The notes: generated by a model from the letters alone, not told the origin. A stretch of DNA of 64,000 nucleotides from an uncultured delta proteobacterium (GCA_963769935.1 CAVYNY010000011.1:256001-320000), one strand, 5' to 3'; shown: positions 41,892 through 53,138, counted from the first letter of the stretch. Numbers and translations: made by a program.

Positions 41892-42061
41892 GGTTGCCTC
41901 CTGCTGGCCGGATTTCGGCAGTTGCATCTTTATAATTCAATCAGACTTTTTCAGCAAGCATAACGTCGGACCTCAACTTGATAATGTCATCGTATGGTGT
42001 TAGAAAATCAGGAGGATCATACATAGCATCCAATTTGTATCGCCATAGGGACTAGATTCAA

Positions 42062-43411
42062 ATGAAACATATCGGCAAATACCAAATCCGCGGCCTGCTC
42101 GGGCGCGGCCGCATGGGTAAAATCTTCAAAGTCCAACATCCGCTGATCGGAAAAATTTTCGCCCTGAAGCTGCTGGATCCCGATCCGCTGCTCGTCGAGT
42201 TGATGGGCCGGGATAAAATTAGAGCCATGTTTAAGACCGAAGCCGTTACCATTGCCGCATTGCGACACCCGAATATTGTTGAAATACTGGACTATGATGA
42301 ATCCGAGGACAAACCATTTTATTTGATGGAATACTACGTGAACAATCTCGGAACCATGATGGGCGAAACCTTTCGCATAGAGCAGGCTTCCCGCACCCTC
42401 ACAGTCGAAAAAGCGATTCGCTACATATCTCAAACCCTGAATGCGCTGAAATGCATGCATCAGGCCGGTATTATTCACCGCGATATCAAACCCCACAACC
42501 TGTTGCTGACGGATCACGATACTGTTAAGGTTTGTGACTTCGGGCTGTCAAAATTAAGAGGCGAAAATTTCGACGGTCCTTCCTCGCTGAAGTTCGGTTC
42601 GGCCTGGTATGCCCCGCCGGAACAGGAAGAAGATCCCAACCGTGTCGATGCCAGTGCCGATCTGTATGCGGTCGGCATCACCATTTATCGAATGCTGACA
42701 GGGGTTTTACCGGAAGATAAGTACCTGCCGGTCGGCCGCTTCAATGCCGACCTGGATGGGAGCTGGGATGATTTTATCCGCAAGGCAATTGCCCGCCGTC
42801 CCCCAAAGCGGTATCTCAGCGCTGCCGAAATGCTCACGGATCTGCAGCTGCTGGCGACGGCCTGGCAAGCAAAAAAAGAGCAGATCTGCCTTCTGCCGCA
42901 AACGGCGAAAGCCGGCAGGGCCGCCCCGGCAGCAGCCCGCCCCGGCCTTCGCAGCAGCTGTATTAAAGTCAGCCCCCGCGATGCAAAAAAGACATTTGCC
43001 TTGGACGATCTCTGGCGGCCCGTACAATTTTTGCCAAACGACTTTGAGATCAATTCCGATGAAACGATCACCGATCGCGCAACCGGCCTGGTCTGGCAGC
43101 AGTCGGGGTCCGAATTCCCCATGACCTGGCCCCAGGCAATCCTTTACATGAAAACGCTCAATTCACCACGTTTTGCCGCCGGCAGCAGGTGGCGCCTGCC
43201 GACAATCGATGAATTGACAACGCTGCTTACCGATTTTCCCCACGGCGAAGACTACTGTATTGAACCCATCTTCGACCGGACGCAGAAATCAATCTGGAGC
43301 TGCGACCGGCGATCCTTTAACGCAGCCTGGTATGTCAGCCTTGATTTGGGGTATGTGGCCTGGCAGGATTTTACCGGCTACTACCATGTGCGGGCCGTAC
43401 GCCGTATTTAG
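42062..43411 (+). CDS. Hanks-type Ser/Thr kinase fused to a C-terminal DUF1566 (Lcl) domain
   Basis: LGRGRMG, HRDIKPHN, DFG, APPE; DRATGLVWQ, WRLPT.DEL, VRAVR. Confidence 0.88.
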   Translation: MKHIGKYQIRGLLGRGRMGKIFKVQHPLIGKIFALKLLDPDPLLVELMGRDKIRAMFKTEAVTIAALRHPNIVEILDYDESEDKPFYLMEYYVNNLGTMMGETFRIEQASRTLTVEKAIRYISQTLNALKCMHQAGIIHRDIKPHNLLLTDHDTVKVCDFGLSKLRGENFDGPSSLKFGSAWYAPPEQEEDPNRVDASADLYAVGITIYRMLTGVLPEDKYLPVGRFNADLDGSWDDFIRKAIARRPPKRYLSAAEMLTDLQLLATAWQAKKEQICLLPQTAKAGRAAPAAARPGLRSSCIKVSPRDAKKTFALDDLWRPVQFLPNDFEINSDETITDRATGLVWQQSGSEFPMTWPQAILYMKTLNSPRFAAGSRWRLPTIDELTTLLTDFPHGEDYCIEPIFDRTQKSIWSCDRRSFNAAWYVSLDLGYVAWQDFTGYYHVRAVRRI

Positions 43412-43758
43412 TCCTTCGGGCCTACATGCAATATTATTTCGTTAAGAATGAATTATTTGCATTTTATGGCAAAATATTTCTGCCACCAAGACACAAAGAC
43501 ACCAAGGATTATTCAAACAGAATTCTTTCTTAGTGCCTTAGTGTCTTTGTGGCAACAGCAGATAAGATAGATCCGCCGGAGGCGGACCGCAGATATTCAA
43601 TCTTCCATCTTCAATTTTCAATGAAGCTGGCCTGTTTGCCGATGTGCTGACGCCCTTTGCCCGAAACTCTGACATTTTCGAATATCCTGCCGGTTTCGGC
43701 GCTTGCTCAATGAAGGTTAAGAAACTGAATTTGTTAAGAATTTTATATTTCAAATACC

Positions 43759-43775
43759 TTGGCATAGCTATTGCA
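43759..43775 (+). promoter_or_regulatory. Sigma-54 promoter-like site
   Basis: TTGGCATAGCTATTGCA with exact -24/-12 spacing, upstream of 44083. Confidence 0.6.
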
Positions 43776-44082
43776 AAATTCGGCCACTGGATTTTATTCT
43801 GATCTTGAAAACATGGTTCTATGGCCAAGTAAGAGAAGATTGGCTGTGCGGTAAACATGTGCCTTGGAATGATGGGACACTGGAGTGTTGGAATACTGGG
43901 TTGGGCGGAATGAGATCTGTTTTTATATGGAGGCACGGATCAGAAAATAAAATCAGACCATCATCCGCTTTTGTTTCCCAATATTCCATTTTTCTCTACG
44001 AGCCGGAAGCTGGGGTGAAGTCAAAGCCTGGCCCTCTAAACTATGATTCTTTACTACCCACATGCTTCCGGAAGGGATCGAT

Positions 44083-45159
44083 ATGAATATAAAAAATGCT
44101 TGGGGTGTGATTGTATTAACGGTCATACTATGGGTTATCAGCATATCCGGATTCGCCCAAACGGAAAATGAACCCAACCTTACCAGGTATTCGCCCCATG
44201 CACCCGCCATGAATGACGGCAAGCGCTTTTTGGAGCTGCTGGAGTACAAACTGACCGTCAGTCAAGACCCAGCCCAAAGCCGATCCGGCCCGCCGAACAA
44301 CTCGCCGGCGGGTTCATCGGAAAACCCCACCGCCGCGGGCCCTGCCTCGCATGGGGGCTATACCAGGAAACGCCTGCACGAAAACAATTTTGGCTTCTCA
44401 TTTGAACTGCCGGATTACTGGCTATGGGACCCGTTGCCGGATAATTGCGGCTACCTGCTGTCGGGTCCGGGGGGCACCGAGGAAAATGAAGTGATCATCG
44501 TCGTGCAGGCCGTGAAAAAAGCCGCCAACCCGGGCAGCTCGGTCGTAAAACAGCTGCAGGAAGCCAAGGCCCAAATCCAGGGAATTCCCGGAGCTGAAAT
44601 CCGCTCCGAAGATGTCGTCGCCGTCTCAGGCCGGCAGGTTCCCTTCTTTTTGGCGCTTTATCCCGGGCTAACGGCCGGTCATGAGCCGGCCACCTTTGCC
44701 CACGTCCAGCTGGCTGTGGAAAACGAGCTTTGCTATATCTGGATTTCATATGCGGCGCCCAGCCGGTATTTCCAGAAATACCAGGACGTGTTTGCCAACC
44801 TGCTGACAAGCTTTCAAATCGCCGCAGCCGGCGGGCAAAGCCGGAGCAGGGCGTCGTCGGTGCCGGGGAACACCGAGGGCCGGATAACGGTGCAGGCATT
44901 TAATGCCGGCAGCGGCAGCCTGTCGGCCCCACGGGTAAAGATCAGAGCGCAGGGATTCGGCAGCGGTGCCAAACAGCTGAAGCTGTTTGCGGTTTCAGCG
45001 GACGGCAAACTTAAGGAATTGCAGTCCGCACCGTGTGCGAACGGGGCTACCGTCGACTTTAATGCCGTTTACAATCTCCTGGAAACCAAATCCTTCGAGC
45101 TGCGCCTGTATGACGCGCAGGGGAAGGTGATTGCCCGTCTGCAGCGCGACAACGCCTGA
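44083..45159 (+). CDS. Secreted hypothetical protein (central PsbP-like region)
   Basis: Signal peptide; FGFSFELPDYW...FANLLTSFQ pattern. Confidence 0.65.
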   Translation: MNIKNAWGVIVLTVILWVISISGFAQTENEPNLTRYSPHAPAMNDGKRFLELLEYKLTVSQDPAQSRSGPPNNSPAGSSENPTAAGPASHGGYTRKRLHENNFGFSFELPDYWLWDPLPDNCGYLLSGPGGTEENEVIIVVQAVKKAANPGSSVVKQLQEAKAQIQGIPGAEIRSEDVVAVSGRQVPFFLALYPGLTAGHEPATFAHVQLAVENELCYIWISYAAPSRYFQKYQDVFANLLTSFQIAAAGGQSRSRASSVPGNTEGRITVQAFNAGSGSLSAPRVKIRAQGFGSGAKQLKLFAVSADGKLKELQSAPCANGATVDFNAVYNLLETKSFELRLYDAQGKVIARLQRDNA

Positions 45160-45470
45160 TCAATATGAGCCGGTTCCGAGCAGCGGTTCGCGAATCGGCC
45201 GTCAAACCGACCGCTTCATCCCTTTCAAGCCCGCCGGTCAACTGGCCGGGAATGAATCGCCGGACGTCCGGACGCCAAAGGTCCTTGCGCAAGCCGGCAG
45301 GGTGGCTTAAATTGGAGTTATCACCAACGGCTGCGATGATTCGCGGCTGCCGGATAAGAGATTGCAATTTTTAAAGCATGCAGCTTGTGAGCAAATCGAA
45401 ATCAATTCCCCAACATCCGGAAATCCGAATTCAGGCTTGTCCGGATGATGCTGCTGAGACAGGCAAAAGG

Positions 45471-46619
45471 ATGAGTGCGGCCAAAAGAACCGGAATCGTG
45501 CGGGACCCGCGGTACGCTGACCACTGCACGGGTCCCGACTGCCCGGAAAGCTCCGACCGGGTGAGGGTGCTCTACGCCATGCTGCAGGAGCCCGACATGC
45601 GGGGAAATTTTCAGGACATCACGCCCAGACGTGCTGAAAAGGAAGAGCTGCTCATGGTCCATTCTCCTGAATACATCCGGTGCCTGGAAGATACCCGGGG
45701 CAGGGACTGCACGTATCTGGACCCGGACACGCAGGCCTCGTCCTTTTCGCATGAGGCGGCCCTGCTGGCCGCCGGCGGACTGTGCCGGGCGATCGAACTG
45801 GTCCAGACCGGGGAATTGGACAACGCCATGGCCTTGGTCCGGCCGCCCGGGCACCACGCCGAGAGATCCAAGGCCATGGGTTTTTGTCTTTACAACAACG
45901 TTGCGGTCGGGGTTCGCTACGCTCAGCGCCGTTTGGGCTTTGGCCGCATTCTGGTGGTGGACTGGGATCTGCATCACGGCAACGGCACCCAGCACTGCTT
46001 TGAGGACGACCCGTCCGTGCTGTTTTTTTCGATTCACCAGTCTGCCTCCTATCCCGGCAGCGGAAGGTTCGGGGAATCCGGTAAGGGGCGGGGCAAGGGG
46101 CGAACGGTCAATATACCGCTGCGGCCCGGCTGCGGAGACGCTGAATACGTCGGCATCCTTGAAAGAATCCTGCGGCCCGTCGCCTTGGAGTTCGGACCGG
46201 AGCTGATTCTGGTCAGTGCCGGTTTCGACATCCACCACAACGACCCTCTCGGGGGCATGCGTGTGACGTCGAAAGGCTTTGCCGGGCTGACCCGCTCCGT
46301 CCTCATCACGGCCGATCAATGCTGTGGGGGCAAGGTGATCATGACCCTTGAAGGCGGATACGACCTCCAGGCGCTCAAGGATTCGGTCAAAGCGGTCCTG
46401 CGGGAATTGGCCGGTTTGCAGGCAACCGATATCGATAATATCACAGCCGGGGTCGACGCCAAAATGCTGGCCTACCTGCTGTGGCGGATCCGGCGCAGCC
46501 ACGGAGGGTACTGGAAGTCTCTTGAAGCCGCGGCAAGGAACGGTTCAATCCCGGAACCAACCATTTTAGAGCGTTTGAGAGAAAATGCGCTGCGCATTAT
46601 GAACTACTTTAAGAGTTGA
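45471..46619 (+). CDS. Histone deacetylase family protein
   Basis: RPPGHH, GFC, DWDLHHGNGTQ, SAGFD, LEGGY. Confidence 0.93.
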   Translation: MSAAKRTGIVRDPRYADHCTGPDCPESSDRVRVLYAMLQEPDMRGNFQDITPRRAEKEELLMVHSPEYIRCLEDTRGRDCTYLDPDTQASSFSHEAALLAAGGLCRAIELVQTGELDNAMALVRPPGHHAERSKAMGFCLYNNVAVGVRYAQRRLGFGRILVVDWDLHHGNGTQHCFEDDPSVLFFSIHQSASYPGSGRFGESGKGRGKGRTVNIPLRPGCGDAEYVGILERILRPVALEFGPELILVSAGFDIHHNDPLGGMRVTSKGFAGLTRSVLITADQCCGGKVIMTLEGGYDLQALKDSVKAVLRELAGLQATDIDNITAGVDAKMLAYLLWRIRRSHGGYWKSLEAAARNGSIPEPTILERLRENALRIMNYFKS

Positions 46620-46998
46620 CAGACACTGGCGTATCAGATTCCGGCGGGCCTTCTGATTATATGGTTCCGGTTTCAGGGTCGGTGTGAATCGAAATCACAA
46701 ATTACAAAATCCAAATTACAAATAAATTACAATGAACAAAATTCAAAATTCCAAACCTTACAGCATAAGTACTGGTCTTCGCATCAGATAAGATAGCGAT
46801 CATTTATTGCGAAAGCCCGGAATTTATAATATCTCAATGAAACCAGCTGAATTTTCTCCGGTTTACCGGTTTCGGCTATTGATGATTGTGATTTGAGATT
46901 TATTTATTATTTGGTGCTTGAAGTTTGAGATTTATCGCCTGCAGGCTGTAGTACATTGTGAATCAGTCATTTGACATTCGAAATTCGACATTTTAAAA

Positions 46999-47610
46999 AT
47001 GGCTCCCTTCAGAGATTCCATACGGCGGATCGCCCGGGGCATGCAGTCCTGCGAGGAGTGGCTCGAATTGATCAGGGACCTGGACGCGTCCGTCCTTCCC
47101 GGCGAGGTACCCGCCGGTCTTCACATGCGCTGGGCCCATAACGGGGATCTGTTTGCCATCAATGCGCTGGAAGGATTCGTGAAAGAGACCGAATTCATGG
47201 AGGAATCCCTCCGCAAAGGGGATCGCTGTCTTCTGCTGGAGGATGAAACAGGGATCTGCGCCTTTGCCTGGGTCACTTTCCGGGACTTCAAACTGGCCCT
47301 CTGGTACACGCTGGAACTTCCCCCCGGCTGGTCATACCTGGTCTATATTTTCGTGCACCCGGCCCGCGCCCGGCAGGGCGTTGGCTCCCATTTGCTGGGG
47401 TCATTGATGGCGTCCCTGCGCGAGATGGGCTGCCGGCGGATCGTCTCGGGCATGTACAGCAACTGGGGGGCTTCTATCCGGCTGCATAAAAAAATGGGCT
47501 TTCGCATCCACCGCCGGCTGGCCCAGTGTAAAATTCTGAACATCTTTCCCACGCCGCCCCGGGAAGCAGCCGGGGATGCGGATAACGCCGATCCTTCGCA
47601 GGTTGAATGA
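46999..47610 (+). CDS. GNAT family N-acetyltransferase
   Basis: FVHPARARQGVG motif A; N..SIRLHKKMGF. Confidence 0.8.
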   Translation: MAPFRDSIRRIARGMQSCEEWLELIRDLDASVLPGEVPAGLHMRWAHNGDLFAINALEGFVKETEFMEESLRKGDRCLLLEDETGICAFAWVTFRDFKLALWYTLELPPGWSYLVYIFVHPARARQGVGSHLLGSLMASLREMGCRRIVSGMYSNWGASIRLHKKMGFRIHRRLAQCKILNIFPTPPREAAGDADNADPSQVE

Positions 47611-47666
47611 AGGCCCCGGAATTTCTGCAGGTATTACAGCATTCCAATTGAGACTAAATTGTATGA

Positions 47667-47906
47667 TCAACCGGCGTCCGTCTCTGCGGCGGCATAGCCC
47701 TCGGGAGTTAGAAATGCGCTGGTTTTGAGCACGTTCATATCAACCAATCCGCATTGATACAGCGATTTCAGCGCCTGCAAGGAAGCGCTGGGAGCCTGGT
47801 CAAGGGCGGCAACGATGTCGCTGATGTCCATGATACCCGGCGGTCCGCTATGGTTCCACTCCTTGGCCAACAGCAGTAAAACCAGCTGTTCCTCTGATGT
47901 CGGCAT
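47667..47906 (-). CDS. Small hypothetical protein (winged-helix-like)
   Basis: AGGAGG RBS; 79 aa; LTPEG motif; follows the PfpI gene. Confidence 0.6.
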   Translation of the reverse strand: MPTSEEQLVLLLLAKEWNHSGPPGIMDISDIVAALDQAPSASLQALKSLYQCGLVDMNVLKTSAFLTPEGYAAAETDAG

Positions 47907-47920
47907 GGCGTACCTCCTTT

Positions 47921-48442
47921 TCAGGTAAGGGCCGCGACCAATTCCCGGCAGTAGTCCGGGATATCGGCCACCACGCGTCCCCACACCAAGTTGCCCTCTC
48001 GAAAGGCCGGTTCGTCAACCCATATCGCGCCGGCATTTTCCATGTCATCTTTGATACCCGTGCTGCCGGTTGCCCGTTTGCCTTTACAAATGGCCGCGCT
48101 GGCCGCCACCCAACCCGCGTGACAGATAAATCCCAGGATTTTGCCCTGGGCATTCATATTTTGCACCAGCTGAATAATGTTTCTATCCCGGCGGAGCTTG
48201 TCCGGAGCCCAGCCGCCGGGCACCAGCAGCGCATCCAGCTCGTCGGCGGTGATCCGGCCGGCCGAAATCTGAGTTTCGGCAGTCAGGCCGCCGCTTTTGC
48301 TGGTATGGATTTCACCGGCCTTGGTTCCAATGACCTTGACATCGGCGCCCTCTTCCTGCATGCGCATATACGGTACCCAGAATTCCAGGTCCTCATATCC
48401 GGGTCCGACGAGAATACCGATGGTTTTACCTTTAAGCCGCAT
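47921..48442 (-). CDS. PfpI/DJ-1 family protein
   Basis: YEDLE, VPGGWAPD, ICHAG. Confidence 0.92.
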   Translation of the reverse strand: MRLKGKTIGILVGPGYEDLEFWVPYMRMQEEGADVKVIGTKAGEIHTSKSGGLTAETQISAGRITADELDALLVPGGWAPDKLRRDRNIIQLVQNMNAQGKILGFICHAGWVAASAAICKGKRATGSTGIKDDMENAGAIWVDEPAFREGNLVWGRVVADIPDYCRELVAALT

Positions 48443-48548
48443 ACGTACCTCCTTTTGCCATCATGAATGGTCTATTTTGCAGGGCAGTTTAATTAGCAGT
48501 AATTCGATTCTGTTTCAGACCGGCATCTCATATCAATGGGCAATGGGG

Positions 48549-49716
48549 TCACCGTGAAATCAGCCGGGATATGCCGGCGCGAAACGTTTCTACGGGGGTC
48601 AGCAGGCTGACGACCACCAAGCCCTCTTTATTAAATTCATAAAAATACCCTGGATGAACCAACGTGTGGTCACGCTCCAACAGCTGTAGAATGCGGTCTT
48701 CTTCGGAAACCGCGTCAAAAATTTCAATAATGGCATACCAGCCGCCTTCCCGCAGCAACGCACGGCAGTTGGAGCTGCGGGTGATTCGCTCAACTAAAAA
48801 CCGCTGGTTGTCGGTGAGGCGGGCTGAGATTTGTCGCTGCATCTCCCGGCGATGACCCAGCAGCCTTGCGGCCGCGTGCTGGACGGGGGTTGCCACGGAA
48901 AGATAAAAATCCAGCAGTATTTCCAGGCGGTCCTGGGCGGCTTCAGCCAGGCCGGGCTCGCCGCCGATGACAATCCAGCTTAATTTCACCTGGGGCAACC
49001 CCAGCATTTTAGAAAAGCCGTTCAAGACGAAGGTCAGCGCCTGGGCGCGGTTCACGACAGTTGGGACCTCCGGCGGCCTTTCGACCCCATAATAGTCGGA
49101 AAATACTTCGTCGACAATCAGCGCCAGGCGATGGCGGCGGCAAATCCGATCGAGAGCTGCCAGTTCCTGCTGCTTTAAGTAGTTGCCGGTTGGATTGTTG
49201 GGATTGACCACGACAATCGCCCGGCACTTGGGGGTGATGAGCGCCTCCAGCACATCCAGGTCGATCGACCATCCCTGCACGTCGTCGTAGCGCAGCGGAT
49301 AGGAGAAGGGCTGCAAACTTTCAAAACGCGCCAGGTAAGAGATCAAGGGATATCCGGGCCGGGGAATAAGAACTTCGTCGCCGGGGTTTCCCAGCAGTTT
49401 GAAGATAATTGAATACGCTTCGCTGGTGCCGGACGTCAAAAAGACGGCCTCACTGTCAATGGGGACTCCCCGATCAAGGTAGTACTGGGCAATCGCCCGG
49501 CGGGCTTTTAACAAACCGCGCGGCTCGGGCTCATAGGTCATGGCGTCCGCCTGCGCCAGAGCTGCCAGAATATCAACCGCATCATAGTCCAATCCGGCCT
49601 GCGTCGGATTGGACTGCGTCAAATCAAAAATTGTTTCTCCCTTTGATTTTTTGTCCTGGAGAATCAGGCTCAGACGCATTGGGGCTCAGATCCCAATCGA
49701 AACGATCTGAAAACAT
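48549..49716 (-). CDS. PLP-dependent aminotransferase class I/II with an apparent +1 frameshift near 49677
   Basis: DLTQSNP, NPNNPTG, DEVF, GFSK; upstream MFSDRFDWDLSPN (ATG 49716) lies in a different frame from RLSLILQ. Confidence 0.85.
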
Positions 49717-49834
49717 AATATCCAGCCTGGTCTTAGGCATAGGTCGATTCGTTTAATTGCTTCGCTGAAAGCCATGCGTACAACGGCCGGATGATTTAAT
49801 CAATAAAATTTGTGATTCCCTTCACCGGGCTCGG

Positions 49835-50428
49835 TCAGGTGCGCTTGCTCCGCCTGGGTTTACTTTTCCTGCGCACGGAAAAACCGAAGGTGCCCAGCAG
49901 GCGGCCCAGGGCAAAATAGCGGCCGTGGGCAAAGCAGATGGGGTCGGCGTGGGAAAACTGGAAGGCGCCGCTGCGCGGATGGATCAGGCTCTCTTCGGCG
50001 TTGACGGCCACCACCTCGGAGATGAACATGTCGTGGCTGCCCAGGGGCAGGATCTGACGCACCCGGCATTCGATGTTCAGGGGCGACTCGCCGATAAGCG
50101 GCGCACGGACCTTCTGGGCTTCAAGTGGAGTCAGACCCAACTCTTTGAACTTGTCCACCTGACGGCCCGATTTGACCCCGCACCAGTCGGTGGCAAAAGC
50201 CAGCCCGCGGGTGGTGAGATTGATGACATACTCGCCGCTCTTTTGAATCAGCCCGTAGGAGTAGCGTTCCGGGCGCACCGAGATATAGCACATGGGCGGG
50301 TCGCTGCACAGGGTGCCGGTCCAGGCGATGGTGATGATGTTGAAGCCCTCCTGGGCATTGCCGCAGGTAACCAGCACGGCCGGCAGCGGATAGAGCATGG
50401 TTCCGGGCTTGAAAACGCGTTTGGTCAT
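49835..50428 (-). CDS. Flavin reductase family protein
   Basis: PLPAVLVT, NIITIAW, ESPLNIEC, LGSHDMF. Confidence 0.9.
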   Translation of the reverse strand: MTKRVFKPGTMLYPLPAVLVTCGNAQEGFNIITIAWTGTLCSDPPMCYISVRPERYSYGLIQKSGEYVINLTTRGLAFATDWCGVKSGRQVDKFKELGLTPLEAQKVRAPLIGESPLNIECRVRQILPLGSHDMFISEVVAVNAEESLIHPRSGAFQFSHADPICFAHGRYFALGRLLGTFGFSVRRKSKPRRSKRT

Positions 50429-50560
50429 GGCGGCCTCGCTTTGCTAATGCGGCAATAGTTATTTATACAATGAATGGATTCGTTTATATTTTCTGTTTCT
50501 TGAATAGGATCTATCAGGCTACGCTAAAGCTGCGATCCGGCCGACGCAATATCAAAGTCT

Positions 50561-51535
50561 TCAGTCGGCAGTTGCCAACGGCCGGAAGGACCAGGTGCCC
50601 CTGAGCAGCGGCAGCAGGCCCGATATTCGGAAATAAATCGGATGCGCGGAAAGCGCCTTGCCTCCCCAGCCCGGAGGGAATCGATACAACAGCTGAATTT
50701 GCCTGTGCTGGCCAGGACCCAGCGGTTCGCCGGAAGCTTTGCAGCAAAAATACAAAAGCTCCGCTTTACGTCCCTGGTCGTCTGCGAGATCGAAAAACCG
50801 CTGCGTTAAATCGAGCAGGATCGGCTGCGCGCTGGTATTGTTCAAAGCGACCATGATGTTGAACGCGTTGTAGTCATGGGAAATCCGGCCGAAAGCCACA
50901 CGTTCCAGGGTCACCACATCCCCGCGATCCTGCGGAAAGGAGGATGCCGGGTCCAGCGAATATTCGGTCCTCTCGATCGCGTTGGGCGGGAAAACCAGAA
51001 TGCTCACGAAATTTGACAACGCTTCTTTTTGCGTGGACGCTTCCTGAGCGATGCCGATGAAGCGGCGAACCGGAGGGTAGAACAAAACGGCCAGGATGAC
51101 CAGCACCGAGGCGGTCGCAGCGACCAGAACGGCGCCGAGCCGCCGAGGCGTCCGGCCCAGGTTTGCGGCGATCTCCGCTGCGGCATTGCCTTGCGGCTCG
51201 AAGATCGTCACCCCTTTGAGGTAGGCAGGGATCGTCTCCATATCCGTGGGCTCGAGCAGCACCGGCAGGACATGCTTCTTGGGGGATGTCCATTTCTCAC
51301 GGGCCAGTCTGAGCTCGCTGAGGCTGTATGCGCCTTGCCGCACGGAGTCCGGCGAGATCAGGAACACGAAAAGGTCGGCTTCTGCGATGCGCGTTCGAAT
51401 CACGGCGTTGAAGTCTTCGCCTCCGGAGAGGTCCGCCTTGTCAAAGAACACCTCATGGCCTTCAGACCGCAGGGCCAGAGCTATTTCTTCGGCCTTCGTG
51501 CGGTTTGTAAAGGAATAAGAAAGAAAAATTTTCAT
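50561..51535 (-). CDS. TIR-domain protein with a single TM helix and an extracytoplasmic C-terminal domain
   Basis: IFLSYS, VFFDK, FLISPDS, YSLSEL, VLPV; TM LGAVLVAATASVLVILAVLFY. Confidence 0.85.
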   Translation of the reverse strand: MKIFLSYSFTNRTKAEEIALALRSEGHEVFFDKADLSGGEDFNAVIRTRIAEADLFVFLISPDSVRQGAYSLSELRLAREKWTSPKKHVLPVLLEPTDMETIPAYLKGVTIFEPQGNAAAEIAANLGRTPRRLGAVLVAATASVLVILAVLFYPPVRRFIGIAQEASTQKEALSNFVSILVFPPNAIERTEYSLDPASSFPQDRGDVVTLERVAFGRISHDYNAFNIMVALNNTSAQPILLDLTQRFFDLADDQGRKAELLYFCCKASGEPLGPGQHRQIQLLYRFPPGWGGKALSAHPIYFRISGLLPLLRGTWSFRPLATAD

Positions 51536-51551
51536 AAGAGAACGTCGCCTA

Positions 51552-53138
51552 TTAGTCGCCTTGGGTTGCCTGCTGCCGGGCGATGCGCTTGCGGCTGGGC
51601 AGTATCAGTGCAAAGGGAATGGTGGCCAGGAAAAGCAGTCCCAGTATCCACGACACATCGTTGTAGGCCATCATAGCGGCCTGACGCTTGACCAGGGCAT
51701 TCAGCAAGGCCTGACCGGTTTGCTGCACCGCCGCCGGGTTCAGGCCGGCGTGATCGAGAAGGCCGGCGGCCAGGCGTTGGAAATCGGCCAGGTTGGAGTT
51801 GTACGGCGTGATATGGGACACCAGTTGAACGCGGTGAATTTGCTGACCGCGAGCCACCAGGGTGGCAACCAGGGCATAGCCGATATTGCCCCCGATGCGC
51901 CGGGCCAGGGTGTAAAGGCCGGATGCATCGGTCATGTCGGCGCGGGGGATGGTGCTCAGGGACAAAGTGGTCAGAGTTACGAACATAAAGGGCATACCGA
52001 CACCCATGATCAACAGGGTCGGCACCAGATTCCAGAAGCCGGCCTCCAGCGACAACCGCGCCAGGTCATAGTAGGACCAGCAAGTGACCAGAATGCCGAA
52101 CACCACCAGAACCCGCGCATCCAGGTGACGGTAGAGCCGACCCACAATGGGCATGCAGACCAGCAGCATCACAGCGCGCGGCGCCAGGATCAGTCCGGCC
52201 TGGAAAGCCGGGTAACCCAAAAGTTCCTGGGTAAACTGAGGCAGAATGAAGGTAGTGCCGAACAGGGCGATGCCGAAGATCACCCCCATGAAGGAGCCCA
52301 GACTGAGAGTCAGGTTGCGCAGAATGCGAAAGTTCACCACCGGTTCGCCGATATTCATCTCCCAGTAGATCAGGCCTATAAATGACGCGGCGCAGACCAC
52401 TGCGCCCAGTCGGATCATGTTCGAATCGAACCAGTTTTCCTGCTGGCCGCGCTCCATGACGATTTGCATGCTGGTCAGTGCCACAGCCAGCAAGGCAATG
52501 CCCAGCCAGTCGACTTTTTTGACGCCGCGGCGCAGGTATTGTGGATCGAAGACAAAGGTTGCAACCATCAGTATCCCGACAATGCTCACCGGTACGTTGA
52601 TGTAAAAGATCCAGGGCCAGCCGTAGTGATCCGTGAGCCAGCCGCCCAGGATGGGCCCGATGGCCGGTGCCAGCACCACGCCCATGCCCCATAGCGCCAT
52701 GGCCATGCCTTGCTCTTCCTGGGGGTAAGTTTCGCGCAAAATAGCTTGGGAGACCGGAATCAACGCACCGCCCCCCACACCCTGGATGACCCGGTAGATC
52801 AGCATCTGGGGAAAGCTGGTGGCCGTGCCGCAGAGGATGGAACCCACTGTGAACAGGCAGAAAGATCCCAGATAGAGGCGTTTGCGACCGATCAGGGTGC
52901 TCCACCATCCGGCCATGGTGACCATGATAATTTCCGCGATACTGTAACTGGTGGCGACCCACGTGATCGTCGACAGATCCGTGCTGAAACTGCCCATCAT
53001 GTGGGGCAGCGACACATTGACCACACTGATGTCCATGACGGCCATAAATGCGCCGAACATCACGGCCACCGTGATAAGCCACTTGTTGACCACCGGCGCG
53101 GCCGCAGCCGGCGCTATGGGGGAAGCGGGTCCGTTCAT
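51552..53138 (-). CDS. DHA2-family (EmrB-like) MFS efflux permease
   Basis: DISVVNVSLP, WVATSY, APAIGPILGG, WIFYINVP. Confidence 0.93.
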   Translation of the reverse strand: MNGPASPIAPAAAAPVVNKWLITVAVMFGAFMAVMDISVVNVSLPHMMGSFSTDLSTITWVATSYSIAEIIMVTMAGWWSTLIGRKRLYLGSFCLFTVGSILCGTATSFPQMLIYRVIQGVGGGALIPVSQAILRETYPQEEQGMAMALWGMGVVLAPAIGPILGGWLTDHYGWPWIFYINVPVSIVGILMVATFVFDPQYLRRGVKKVDWLGIALLAVALTSMQIVMERGQQENWFDSNMIRLGAVVCAASFIGLIYWEMNIGEPVVNFRILRNLTLSLGSFMGVIFGIALFGTTFILPQFTQELLGYPAFQAGLILAPRAVMLLVCMPIVGRLYRHLDARVLVVFGILVTCWSYYDLARLSLEAGFWNLVPTLLIMGVGMPFMFVTLTTLSLSTIPRADMTDASGLYTLARRIGGNIGYALVATLVARGQQIHRVQLVSHITPYNSNLADFQRLAAGLLDHAGLNPAAVQQTGQALLNALVKRQAAMMAYNDVSWILGLLFLATIPFALILPSRKRIARQQATQGD

